A stretch of DNA of 64,000 nt from Longimicrobiales bacterium (GCA_965226375.1 CBDDCX010000006.1:448001-512000), one strand, 5' to 3'; positions 41,881 to 52,071 are shown, counted from the first letter of the stretch. The notes: generated by a model from the letters alone, not told the origin. A program made the numbers and translations.

Positions 41881-42731
41881 CGAGCTGGTCTCCGCAGGGA
41901 GGATATAAGCTTCCTCTCCACGCGGAGTGCTTTGGAGAGGGCAGCAGCTCCGTAGTGCTTCTCCATGGTTTTGGAGGGAGCGCCTTCTCCTGGCGATACT
42001 GGGTCCCCGCCCTGGCGGAGCGTCACACGGTGTGGGCCGTGGACCTGAAGGGGCACGGCTCGGCGCCGGCCCCCGAAGACGATCGCTACACCCCTCACGA
42101 TCACGCCGAGCTGATCCACCGCTTCATCATCCAGAAGGACCTGCGTGAGCTGACGCTGTGCGGCCACTCCATGGGTGGGGGACTCGCGTTACTCGTCGCC
42201 CTTCGCCTGCTGGATGAGGGACGGCTCGAGCGCCTCGTAATTGTGGCCGGCGCCGCATACCCGCAGCGGCTGCCACCCTTCGTCAAGTTGGCCCGCATGG
42301 GCCGACCGGCCCGTTGGTTCTTCGCGTCGGTTCCGAAGCGACGGCTCATCGGATGGATACTCCGGTCCATCGTTTACGACCCGTCGGCCATCAGCGGAGC
42401 GCAGGTGGAAGGCTACGCCGAACCGCTCAGAAGCGCGCCGCATCGTCTGGCCCTGATCAAGACGGCGTTGGGCATCATCCCGTCCGATGTCTCCGAACTG
42501 ACCGCTCGCTTTGCCGAGATCGACGTCCCGACGCTACTCCTGTGGGGCCGCCACGACGCGGTCGTGCCGATTTCGGTCGGCGAGAGGCTCCTGGAGGTCC
42601 TGCCCCGCGCGCGCCTCGAGGTTCTGGAGGAGTGTGGTCATCTGTCCCCTGAAGAGCTCCCGAAGGAATCTCTGCAGATCGTCGAGAGCTTCCTCAGCGG
42701 CGACGTCTCAGACGTTCCGTCGCAAGGGTGA
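41877..42731 (+). CDS. Alpha/beta hydrolase
   Basis: LLHGFGG, DLKGHG, GHSMGG, WGRHD, CGHL; GTGA overlap with the upstream stop. Confidence 0.9.
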   Translation: MTSWSPQGGYKLPLHAECFGEGSSSVVLLHGFGGSAFSWRYWVPALAERHTVWAVDLKGHGSAPAPEDDRYTPHDHAELIHRFIIQKDLRELTLCGHSMGGGLALLVALRLLDEGRLERLVIVAGAAYPQRLPPFVKLARMGRPARWFFASVPKRRLIGWILRSIVYDPSAISGAQVEGYAEPLRSAPHRLALIKTALGIIPSDVSELTARFAEIDVPTLLLWGRHDAVVPISVGERLLEVLPRARLEVLEECGHLSPEELPKESLQIVESFLSGDVSDVPSQG

Positions 42732-43401
42732 GGAGCATCTTGCTCCCGGCGCGGATCGTTCCCCTGACGGAGCCGGAGATCTTGGACTCCCCTGCGGACC
42801 GGGCCCCATGGGCGACCTCGATCTCGATGATGCGGAACGCCTGGGTGGTGGCCCGGATTTGCATCTGCAGCGTCCAGCCCCAGTTGCGATCGTCCATTTC
42901 CAGCTCGGCCAGCTTGCGGAAGTCGATGGCCCGGAACGGAGGCAGGTCGCGAAAGCTCCGACCGTAAAGGATGCGAATCATCGAAGTGATCAGGCGGTTG
43001 CCGACCCGTGCATGGGGAAAGAGCGTGCCGACCTTGTCGACGCCTCTCCGTCTGACACCCAACGTGAGATCCGCCTCATCATCGAGGATCGGACGCGTGA
43101 GCATCTCGATCTGTCCCGGGCCCTCGTCGTGATCCGCATCCAGGAATACCAGAACCGCGGGCGGGTTCGGCATGGAGCGCAGGAACTCGATGCCCGCCAA
43201 ACATGCCGCCCCGTACCCCCGCTCCGGCTCCGTGACGAGGTAGGCCCCTCCCTGGACCGCCACATCCGGAGTCCGGTCCCTGGAACCGTTGTCGACCACC
43301 ACGACGGGCCCCACGGACCGATCGCGCAGGTCTGCGAGGAGCCCCGGAAGGGTCTCTTGCTCATCGAGGGCGGGGATCAGCACTGCAACGGAATGGGTCA
43401 C
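42694..43401 (-). CDS. GT2 glycosyltransferase (polyprenol-phosphate sugar synthase-like)
   Basis: LIPALDE, VVDNGSRD, RGYGAAC, FLDAD, SKISG. Confidence 0.88.
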   Translation of the reverse strand: MTHSVAVLIPALDEQETLPGLLADLRDRSVGPVVVVDNGSRDRTPDVAVQGGAYLVTEPERGYGAACLAGIEFLRSMPNPPAVLVFLDADHDEGPGQIEMLTRPILDDEADLTLGVRRRGVDKVGTLFPHARVGNRLITSMIRILYGRSFRDLPPFRAIDFRKLAELEMDDRNWGWTLQMQIRATTQAFRIIEIEVAHGARSAGESKISGSVRGTIRAGSKMLLTLATERLRRRR

Positions 43402-43474
43402 GGTCAGACCGGGAGCGGTGGAGACGACAGAGGCGATCATCGTGAACCTAACGCCTGATGAAAAGGAACCCTTC

Positions 43475-44782
43475 ATGAGGCCGGGCCGTTTCCTCGCGGC
43501 CATGGGTGCCGTCGAATGCGTCTTCCTGGTTACCGCCGCCTGGTGGCCGGAGCGCGGGTTCCCCTGGCCTGGTTTGGGGCTGGTCGGAGGTGCCTTCCTG
43601 GCCTACGTGCTTGCCGCCCGTGCCACCGGAAAAAGTGGCGGCACTCCGACCTCCCCGGGGGAGATCGGATCCCCCTCGTCGAGCTCGCACAGCACCCAGC
43701 TGATGATCATCTGGGGTTGGGCCGTAGTCCTACGCCTGCTCCTGCTTCCCGTGGCCCCGGAACTCACGGACGACTTCTACCGCTACCTCTGGGACGGACA
43801 CGTTCAGCTCCAGGGGGTGAACCCGTACCTCTATGCCCCGGGGGACCCGGCCCTTGAGGCGCTCCGGACACCTTGGCACGGGCTCATCAACAACCCCTCG
43901 GTGTCAACGATCTACCCGCCCTTGGCTCAGATGGTCTTTCTCCTCAACGCTTTGCTGGGCGGGACCATCCTGGGGCTCAAGGTGGTGTGGGTGTGCCTGG
44001 ATCTCGTGACCGCCTGGCTCCTGGGTAGGGTGGCGAGTCGCTCGGGCCGTGACCCACGTGGGGTGTTGATCCTCTACTTGTGGTCACCGTTGCTTATCAT
44101 CGAGACTGCCTGGAACGGGCACCTCGAGACCTTGGGGTTGGTGTTCATCGCACTCCTCCTCTATCTCGGTGCCCATCCGGTGCGGGTGGGTCTGGCACTG
44201 GCGCTCGCTGCCCTGGCCAAGTTCGCTCCGGCCGCCGCACTACCTCCACTGTGGAGGCGATACGGGTGGAGGACTCTGCTGGCCTTTGGTGCCACAGTGG
44301 CTGCGCTCTATCTGCCCTACGCGTCGGCGGGGACGATGCTGTGGGGAGGTCTGTCGACCTTCGCCGAGCACTGGCGGTTCCAGGAGGGGGCGTTCGCGGT
44401 GCTGGAATGGATCATTCCTGGCCCCCGGGCGCCTCGCGTGGCGGCGGGATTGATCGTCCTCGGGGTCATCGGCTGGACGGCCTGGAGGTCGTACGATGCC
44501 GAGAAGGCACTCTTCTGGATCCTGGGGACCGGCCTTCTACTCTCCCACACCGTCCACCCCTGGTACGTTCTCTGGGCGCTTCCCTTCGCGGCCCTGCGAC
44601 GTAACCGCGGCTGGATCCTTCTAAGCGGGCTCGTATTCCTCGGCTACTGGGGTCTCGAGACCTCTCACATCAAGGGGATCTGGCCTCAGCCCGTTTGGGC
44701 CCGTGTGCTCCTTTGGGCTCCCGTGTTCGGGCTCCTCCTGTACGACGGCGTCAAAGATCGGAGACGCCGCGTCGCGGCCTAG
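43475..44782 (+). CDS. GT-C fold membrane glycosyltransferase (GT87/DUF2029-like)
   Basis: LTDDFYRYLWDG, NPY, TIYPP, NGHLE, TVHPWY; many TM helices. Confidence 0.82.
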   Translation: MRPGRFLAAMGAVECVFLVTAAWWPERGFPWPGLGLVGGAFLAYVLAARATGKSGGTPTSPGEIGSPSSSSHSTQLMIIWGWAVVLRLLLLPVAPELTDDFYRYLWDGHVQLQGVNPYLYAPGDPALEALRTPWHGLINNPSVSTIYPPLAQMVFLLNALLGGTILGLKVVWVCLDLVTAWLLGRVASRSGRDPRGVLILYLWSPLLIIETAWNGHLETLGLVFIALLLYLGAHPVRVGLALALAALAKFAPAAALPPLWRRYGWRTLLAFGATVAALYLPYASAGTMLWGGLSTFAEHWRFQEGAFAVLEWIIPGPRAPRVAAGLIVLGVIGWTAWRSYDAEKALFWILGTGLLLSHTVHPWYVLWALPFAALRRNRGWILLSGLVFLGYWGLETSHIKGIWPQPVWARVLLWAPVFGLLLYDGVKDRRRRVAA

Positions 44783-46213
44783 GTCGCCCAGCCCCCCCAG
44801 CCCCAAGCCCAGGTAGCCCGAGCCGAACAGCACGATGAACGGCACCGATCCGTGGAATCCGGCCACGAGCGCACCGGCCAGGTAGCCGACCATCACCGCT
44901 CCCATGGACAACTTCAGGACCAGATCACGTGTGGCGACGGGGGTACGATAGGAGGTGCGCTCGGCCTCACCTTTCTTGGGAGTTCGAACGAAGGCATCGT
45001 CGCCCCGGTGGAAGAGCCCCCGGATCACCGATCCGGTCACCGCGACGGTCAGCCCCACACCCAGGGCCAACGCCTGCGGAACGGCTCGCAGGCTCCAGGC
45101 CCAGTCCCGCCCCCGCTTGCGGGCGGCCTGAGAGTAGAACACGAGGAAGGGCACCGTAGCTGCCGTGAACACCAGAAGGTCCGGGAGCAGATAGTGCTCG
45201 ACGCCGAGCGTGCGTCGAGCGATCTGAGAGGGCAGCAGCAGAAGGCCCAACATCAGCGTGAGCGGATGAGCGAGGTGGCCACACAGGTGCACCGTCGCCT
45301 CCAGCTTTACGCCGAGGGGCCACGGTCCCCGGAGCAACTCCGGCAGGACCTTCTTCGCAGTCTGGATCCCTCCCTGCGCCCACCGTCTCTGCTGCACTTC
45401 CAGGGCACCGACCGTGGACGGAATCTCGGCAGGCACACCGATGTCCTCCAGGAAAACGAAGTCCCATCCCTTCATCTGTGCCCGGTAACTGAGATCCAGA
45501 TCCTCAGTCAGGGTGTCGGCCCGCCAGCCGCCGGCCTCTTCGACGCATGTACGGCGCCACATGCCCGCCGTGCCATTGAAGTTGAAGAAGCGCCCGCTCT
45601 TGTATCGACCGCCCTGCTCGAAGAAGAAATGGCCATCGAGAAAGAGGCTCTGGCCCTTCGTCAGCCAGCTCTCGTCCGCATTCAGATGGTCCCAACGAGC
45701 TTGTACCATACCCACGCCCTGGTCGCGAAACGGGGGTAGGATATTCCGGACCAAGTCCGGTGGGGCCACGAAGTCCGCATCCAGAACGAGGAGGAAGTCT
45801 CCTCGTGATCGCGCGGTTCCGTGGGCCAGGGCGCCCGCCTTGTACCCTTCCCGCGTCGCTCGCCTGATGTGCTCGACGGAGACGCCTTTGGTTCGCCACT
45901 GGGCGGCGAGTTCCCGCGCGATGTCGGTCGTGCCGTCCGTGGAATCGTCCAGGATCTGCACGTCGAAACGATCGCGGGGATAGTCCTGCCCGCACGCCGC
46001 ATCCACGAGCCGGCCAATGACATGGACCTCATTGTAGACAGGCAACTGGATGGTAACCCGAGGAAGCTCCTGCTCGGGCCATGGATCCCGAACCGCCAGC
46101 CGCTCCCGTCGCGAGAGCCATAGCAGGTAGGTCCTGTGCACGGCGAAGGGCAGCAGTAGGGCGAGCACACCTGCCGTGACAAACAGCGTGATGTAAGCCA
46201 GCACTTCCGGCAT
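44621..46213 (-). CDS. Cellulose-synthase-like processive GT2
   Basis: IQLPVYNE, LDDSTD, YKAGAL, DADF, LTEDLD, QQRRWAQG; the true 3' end may be 44779. Confidence 0.88.
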   Translation of the reverse strand: MPEVLAYITLFVTAGVLALLLPFAVHRTYLLWLSRRERLAVRDPWPEQELPRVTIQLPVYNEVHVIGRLVDAACGQDYPRDRFDVQILDDSTDGTTDIARELAAQWRTKGVSVEHIRRATREGYKAGALAHGTARSRGDFLLVLDADFVAPPDLVRNILPPFRDQGVGMVQARWDHLNADESWLTKGQSLFLDGHFFFEQGGRYKSGRFFNFNGTAGMWRRTCVEEAGGWRADTLTEDLDLSYRAQMKGWDFVFLEDIGVPAEIPSTVGALEVQQRRWAQGGIQTAKKVLPELLRGPWPLGVKLEATVHLCGHLAHPLTLMLGLLLLPSQIARRTLGVEHYLLPDLLVFTAATVPFLVFYSQAARKRGRDWAWSLRAVPQALALGVGLTVAVTGSVIRGLFHRGDDAFVRTPKKGEAERTSYRTPVATRDLVLKLSMGAVMVGYLAGALVAGFHGSVPFIVLFGSGYLGLGLGGLGDLGRDAASPIFDAVVQEEPEHGSPKEHTGPNGLRPDPLDVRGLETPVAEEYEPA

Positions 46214-46310
46214 TCGGCTCGCCCGGGTGAGGAAATCAGATGAGAAGGAGTACTCGTAGACCCAGTGTATCCCCAACCCGGCCGCAGGGCATGGTGTTCC
46301 GGGCCCGATC

Positions 46311-47985
46311 CTACCCGCCCGTCAGAACAGAGACGATGTCCATCCTTGTCGCGGAGCGGGCCGGGCCATAGCTGGAGATCAGCCCCAACATCAGGAAAAC
46401 GACCGGAAGAATCACCAACGACCAGGGATGGATTCTGGAAACTCCGAAGAGGAGGTGGGCCCAGAATCCCGAAACGGCGTACGCCAAGGGCAGTCCCAGC
46501 AAGAAACCGTAGAGCATGAGCCCCAGGCCGTCTCGTAACACGAGGAGCCGAACGGCACCACTTCTGGCGCCCAACGCCAACCGGATCGCCATCTCTCTCT
46601 GGCGCCGGCACACCCAAGAATTGACGATTCCGTAGAGACCGACGCTGACCAGAAGAAGCGCGACCAGGGCGGAGATCACGACCAGCGAGAATCTGGTGCG
46701 CTCGTCCGACGTCGTGTTCGCCACGAGCTCTGCGAGCGTGGCGGCTTCAATGATCGGAGCATCGGGATCCACGGACCACACCTCGCGCCTCACCGCCGGC
46801 ATGAGTGACGCGGCTTCGACGTCGGTTCTCAGAACGACGTTCCTGTTCCAACGAGGACTGCGGGCAAAGGTCATATAAATCATGGGTGGGGTGACTTCGG
46901 ACAATGACTCGTGCTTCACGTCGCCCACCACCCCTATGACTCCAGCGGATCGGGTCGGCCCGGGCGAGTCAACGCCTTTCCCACGGCAACCTCACCAGGC
47001 CAGAGCGCATCGGCGAGCGTCCGGTTGACCAGTACGACGTTCCTCGAGTCCTCAACATCCCGGGAGTCGAACGCTCGACCGCGTATCAGGGGCATCCCGA
47101 CCACCTCCAGATAGCCGGGACTGACGAGCCAGACGACTCCCTTATGATCTGATGTGGGATCATCGGGCCTCCCGAACCGGTCCTCGATGGCTCGACCCGT
47201 CAGCGTGCTGTAATTCACAGAAGCGACGCCTTCCACCCCCGGCAGGTCCGCGAGACGTCGATAAATCTCCGCGTAGAAGGCCTGCGCCCCTTCGGGTGAT
47301 CCCGCGGGCCGAAGCCGAAAGGTCAGGACGTCGGTATCGATACCGGGGTCGACCCGTGTCAGCTGCCAAAGGCTCCGGGTCAGATGAGCGGCGGCGGTGA
47401 GCAATACGACCGACACGGCCACCTCGGCCACGACGAGAAGGCTCCTCGTCCGCGTCTGGCGTAGGCTCGCCGTCGAGTTCCGACCCCGCTCCGACACGCG
47501 GCGGTACGCGTCCCGCGTCGCATGGAGGGCGGGACCGGTCCCCATGAGCAGGGCGCTCACAACGCAGACGGCCAAGGAGAAACCCAACGCCCTCGCGTCC
47601 ATAACGACATCACCGGCGAAAGATCCGCTCCCTACGAACAGGATCCCCAACCGGTTCGTCAACATGAACGCGAGGCCCACGCCCAACACTCCGCCGACTC
47701 CCGCCAGAACAATGCTCTCGGTGAGAAGTTGCGTGATCAGGTCGCTCCGGCTCGCACCGAGAGACACGCGCACCCCGAACTCGCCCCGTCGATCGTCACC
47801 ACGACCCAGCATCAGGCCCGCCACGTTGGCGATGGCGATGGTCAGGACCAAGAGCGCGCTGGCAAGCGCGAACAGAAGCGTGCGCTTGACGTCGCGGGCC
47901 TGCCACTCGGAGTCCACAGATCGATGCCGTCCGGGCTCCGCCGGCGCGATGCCCGGATCGGGCGAAAGCCCGCCGGCATCACGCC
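46311..47985 (-). pseudogene. Degraded ADOP-type ABC permease
   Basis: 5' part missing. A GVMPAGF...IDLWTP remnant joins out of frame to LTIAIANVAGL, and a 1-nt frameshift at ~46940 breaks LEVIGVVGDVK. Confidence 0.8.
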
Positions 47986-48097
47986 GGAGTCAGTGCTCTG
48001 GTGCCCGCGCGAAGAGCCGCTGCGGCGGATCAAGTCGAAATTCTGCGAACGGACGAATGAGGCGGACTGGACGCGCCGGCACGCGGCTCGGATCGCG

Positions 48098-48574
48098 TCA
48101 GCCCGGCGTGCCTCCGGCTTCCTCGATCTCGGCAGTCCAGCCGATCTCAACGGCACCCTTCAGGCTCTGCGCCGTAGGGCACTTGTCCACATGTCGTGCG
48201 AGCGCCTTGTCCACGGTCTCACGAGTCCCTTCGGGAATCTGGATGGCATAGTGGACATTGATCGAGGTGAGGACGGGAACCCTGTCTCGCATCTCGTTGA
48301 TCCCCTCCGCACTGGAGCGGATGTGATCGCTCGGCAACTTGACCCCGCGCACCTCCAGTGCGCCTATGAGAGTCCCGAGTAGTCAGCCGGCTGCCGCGGC
48401 CACGAGATAATCCACGGGAAGAGGCAGGTTCGGTTCCGAATCGAGTCCATAGTGGGCTTTCACCGGACCGTGCACGCCGAAGTCGACTTGAGTGCCATCC
48501 TCCAGAAGGGCGCGCCGGTGGACTCCCGACAGCCTTCCAACCTCGGACCGCGCGATGTAGAACGGATCGCTCAT
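48098..48574 (-). CDS. OsmC/Ohr-like protein, probable selenoprotein (in-frame UGA, codon 64)
   Basis: ORFs 48383..48736 and 48098..48352 share a frame: PVDYLVAAAAG-UGA-LLGTL...KCPTAQSL; a hairpin follows the UGA. Confidence 0.78.
48330..48382 (-). promoter_or_regulatory. Candidate bacterial SECIS element
   Basis: mRNA GCGCAC-UGGAG-GUGCGC (48363-48347) with lower helices GACUCU/GGGGUC and CUCGG/CCGAG; the loop is 25 nt after the UGA. Confidence 0.65.
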
Positions 48575-48765
48575 TCCGCCACCTCCCCCTCTGGTTCCGT
48601 TGTCGCCACTTCGAAGCCCGGGCAATCGAGCACGGGTAGCGGCGGGTATTTGCGATAACGCGAGTCCTCGAATGATCGCTCGCAGAGATGAAAGATAGAC
48701 CCTCGCTTGTTCTCGACCACCCGGACGAAGGCGCATTTCTCACAAAGTCCCACGGGCCCGATCAA
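48571..48765 (-). CDS. Small Cys-rich hypothetical protein (putative metal-binding)
   Basis: 64 aa: GLCEKC...RGSIFHLC...KYPPLPVLDCPGFE; 4-bp overlaps with both neighbours. Confidence 0.7.
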   Translation of the reverse strand: MIGPVGLCEKCAFVRVVENKRGSIFHLCERSFEDSRYRKYPPLPVLDCPGFEVATTEPEGEVAE

Positions 48766-49499
48766 GGCCGAACTCCCAGCAGCGCCGACTGGCGCTCGGA
48801 TCGCCCGCCCCGGTGTGAGAACAATCGGGCCGTTCCGCAAACAGTGCATTGCTCCGAAACCGAGATGTGTCCCTGTTCGAGACCGAGTCCCAACGCCTGC
48901 GAGACCAGCACGGCGCGCACGTCAACAGGTGATGGACCGGGCGGCGGAGGCAGCTTCAATGCGTCGAACACCTCGGGGCCGACCTCATAGCAGTTTCTGC
49001 AGATGGCTGGTCCGAGATGCACCTCCAGATCGACGGCCTCCGAGCGAAAACGGGTGCGGAGTGTCCGGACCCCCTCCAAAAGGATGCCGCCCGCGATGCC
49101 TCTCCATCCGGCATGCAGCAGGGCCACGACACACCGTTGGGGATCAACCAGGTATACGGGCACGCAGTCCGCCACGGTAACCGCCAGCAGAACGCCCGAT
49201 GTGGACGTGGCGTGCCCATCCGCGGGATCACCCTGGATGTGTACCCCGGGGGCCAGCTCGTCGTGCACGGCCACCCGGGTCCCGTGCACCTGCCTGGCGT
49301 GGACTACCGCCCCGAATCCGCTGGCGTCCCGGAGCGTCCGCCAGCGCTCATCCGCCGCCGGGGAAGGGGTATCACCGAAGAGTCTCAGGTCGAACGGCTC
49401 GTCCGCGGGACCGGCATGGGTGATGCCGGCCAACAGCCAGGGGAAACGATCCAGCCACTCACCCACCGGATGAAACGGAACGACAGTGTCTGCGAGCAT
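48762..49499 (-). CDS. pgeF: PgeF/YfiH (laccase-domain purine nucleoside phosphorylase)
   Basis: ARQVHG, ADG, VADCVPV, HAGWRG, GPAICRNCYEVG, CT...FSHR. Confidence 0.9.
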   Translation of the reverse strand: MLADTVVPFHPVGEWLDRFPWLLAGITHAGPADEPFDLRLFGDTPSPAADERWRTLRDASGFGAVVHARQVHGTRVAVHDELAPGVHIQGDPADGHATSTSGVLLAVTVADCVPVYLVDPQRCVVALLHAGWRGIAGGILLEGVRTLRTRFRSEAVDLEVHLGPAICRNCYEVGPEVFDALKLPPPPGPSPVDVRAVLVSQALGLGLEQGHISVSEQCTVCGTARLFSHRGGRSERQSALLGVRP

Positions 49500-49542
49500 G
49501 TCGGGGATACTTCAGATCCCCGAAGCGATTATCAAGGCAACC

Positions 49543-52002
49543 CTATCTCACGCCGGTCACACGCAAACCCGCCACCACAGTCCTGGGGAGTCCAGGGTGG
49601 AGCCCGGCCGGGCGCCGCGCCACGCTGTACCGCTCGTCGGTGAGATTCTGGATACCGGCGAACAAGGTCCCCACCCCCTCGAGGTACAAGTCCCCTGCCA
49701 GATTGAACACCACGTACGCATCCGTCCCCTCACCTTCGGGAATGTCCTCCTGCCCCGCCCGTGTGCGCATGGCGCCCGACGCCACCGTAGAGAGCGTCAC
49801 GCTCCACCCCGGACGATCGTACCCGATGCTCCCGCTCATCTGGTGCCCCGGCAGGTAGGGAAGCCTGTCGCCGATCTCCACCTCACCCCAGGGGCCGTAA
49901 TCGGAGTCGAACGCGGACCGGAATTCGGCACGGGTACGTGTGTAGGTAATACGTACCGGCAGGCTAGTGTCCCAGTCGCGCCCCCAGGCGAAGTCGTAAT
50001 CGACAGACGCTTCGACACCCAACACAACGGCATCACCACCGTTGTACGCCTCCCCGGTGCCGTCCTCTGCGGTGGCGAGCGTGGCCCGTCCGAGGATGTT
50101 CGTGTAGTCGCTGTAGAACATGCTCGCCTGGGCGGCCAGACCGGAGTCCCGCCACCTACCTCCCAGCTCGTAGTTGACGCTACTCTCCGGTCGTGTGACC
50201 TCGTCGGCGCCAGGCCCCTGCGGTCCGAACCCCCTGTGAACACCCCAAAAGAGATTGAGCGCGGGAGCGGCTCGATAGGAGAACCCGACACCCGGGATCC
50301 AGGCGTCCACCCGGTTCTTCTGGACGCGGGTCGGCTCCGCGCGCGCCGGGTCGTCCTTGGCGTAGTCTGTACGAGTAAAGTCGATATGCTCGAATCGGAT
50401 GCCGGGTGATACCCTCAGGCGCCCGAGCTCGATCTCATCCTGTACGAAGAAGGCGAGCGCGTCGGCCGAGCTGACGCGATTGGACTGGCTCCCGGGCTCG
50501 CCGGGGGTCGTGAGGACCATACCCTCGTCCCGCATCTCGAAGGCGTCCTCCCATTGGAAGCGGTCCTCCTGGTCACGGTGGAACCGCACGCCCACCTCCA
50601 CCGCATGATCGCCGCGGCTGAGACCCAACGCTGACTGCACACCCTGCGCGAAGTAGTCACGGTTGTTCGCCCTGACCCGGAGTGCGTTGGGATCACTACC
50701 ATGGCCGCGCAGGACAGCCAACGCCGTCCCATGCTCGTCCGGAGCATCCAAGACTTCGCTGATACCCGTGCCGAGCACGCTCTGCAGCTTGTACCAGTTC
50801 CGTGAGAAGTCATTGCGATAGGCCGTGGTCGTCACGTCGACCGCCCCGTGAACCCAAAAGTGTCGGAGCTGAATCTGCGAATGCTCCGCCTTCATCAGGT
50901 CTGACTCGGAGGCTGGATATCGGTGCAGCGGATTCACGGCGAAGTCCGCGTCCGTGAGGCCGAGATAGGTTGATGCCGACTCTTCGTCGGTGTATCCGAG
51001 CTTGGGCTCCAGCTGCTGATACCAAGGACTGCTGCGATCGCTGTTGATCCGGACCTTGCCCATGAAATCGGCCACGTCGAAGCCGGTCGGGGCAGCGCTG
51101 GCCAACTCCTTGAAACCATCGGTCTCCAGCGAGTACGCCTCGATGAGCCAACCGAGGCGGGCCCCCGAATCGCCGATGCGCCCGTGGCCCCTCAACGTAC
51201 CGTTCTCACCCCCCGCCCCCTCCATGAACCACGTGAGCCGATCCGGGATCGACGACGAAACCAGATTGATCGCGCCGCCGATGGTTCGGGGACCATACCG
51301 GACCTGGCTCGATCCCTTACGGACCTCCACGGCCTCCATACGTCCCGCCACCGGAAAGTAGTAGGCGGACGGCGCTGTGTACGGTGCGGGAGCGATGAGC
51401 ACGCCGTCCTCCATGAGCGTGACCTTCGAGCTCCGGTCTACGCCGGTCCCTCTCAGGCCGATGTTGGGACGAAGTCCGAAACCGTCCTCGTCCTGCACGT
51501 TCACGCCCGGCACGAGCCGCAGGAAATCATGCACGTTGTCAAACACGAAGGCAGGAGATTCCAGGTCGGCTGCCACCAACACATGAGCCGCCCCCGGGAC
51601 CTCGTCGATGTCGAGGGGATCACCGATCATCCGTGTCCGTTCCATCAAGACCCTGATGGGATCGAGGCGGATCGGTCCAGCACCCATCTCGGCAACCAAT
51701 CGGAGTTCTCGGTCGTCGACCACCGTCACCGTCTTGGTAAGGGTGGAGTGCCCAAGGCGGACAAAGCGCAAGGATATGGTGCCTAGGGGTATCCCCCGCA
51801 GGGAGTAGCGCCCAGCATCATCGGAGAGGGTGCGAAGAGAGGTGCCCATCACCTCCACGGACCTTCCCGAAAGAGCCGAGCCGTCCTCGGTGGCCTGGAC
51901 GATTCCCGAAATCCTGCCGGGACCATCCTGCGCGTTCAGAGAAGATGAGAACAGTGAGGCCGCGACGATCAACTGCAGAGTCCTGCAAGTGGAGAAGCTC
52001 AT
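49543..52002 (-). CDS. TonB-dependent receptor (FecA-like iron-complex uptake)
   Basis: Signal peptide and N-terminal beta-sandwich; VPGVNVQDEDGFGLRPNIGLRG, EVRKGS...YGP...GGAINL, QNLTDERY. Confidence 0.9.
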   Translation of the reverse strand: MSFSTCRTLQLIVAASLFSSSLNAQDGPGRISGIVQATEDGSALSGRSVEVMGTSLRTLSDDAGRYSLRGIPLGTISLRFVRLGHSTLTKTVTVVDDRELRLVAEMGAGPIRLDPIRVLMERTRMIGDPLDIDEVPGAAHVLVAADLESPAFVFDNVHDFLRLVPGVNVQDEDGFGLRPNIGLRGTGVDRSSKVTLMEDGVLIAPAPYTAPSAYYFPVAGRMEAVEVRKGSSQVRYGPRTIGGAINLVSSSIPDRLTWFMEGAGGENGTLRGHGRIGDSGARLGWLIEAYSLETDGFKELASAAPTGFDVADFMGKVRINSDRSSPWYQQLEPKLGYTDEESASTYLGLTDADFAVNPLHRYPASESDLMKAEHSQIQLRHFWVHGAVDVTTTAYRNDFSRNWYKLQSVLGTGISEVLDAPDEHGTALAVLRGHGSDPNALRVRANNRDYFAQGVQSALGLSRGDHAVEVGVRFHRDQEDRFQWEDAFEMRDEGMVLTTPGEPGSQSNRVSSADALAFFVQDEIELGRLRVSPGIRFEHIDFTRTDYAKDDPARAEPTRVQKNRVDAWIPGVGFSYRAAPALNLFWGVHRGFGPQGPGADEVTRPESSVNYELGGRWRDSGLAAQASMFYSDYTNILGRATLATAEDGTGEAYNGGDAVVLGVEASVDYDFAWGRDWDTSLPVRITYTRTRAEFRSAFDSDYGPWGEVEIGDRLPYLPGHQMSGSIGYDRPGWSVTLSTVASGAMRTRAGQEDIPEGEGTDAYVVFNLAGDLYLEGVGTLFAGIQNLTDERYSVARRPAGLHPGLPRTVVAGLRVTGVR

Positions 52003-52071
52003 GCCCTGGCACCGTGCGTATCTATGTATAAACCCGGCGTTCGCACACATAGCGCGTATCGACGAGTGTTA

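Noticed and set aside
46934..46936. TAG in the ADOP remnant as readthrough or pyrrolysine
   Set aside because: The downstream part is in a different frame; a missing G explains it.
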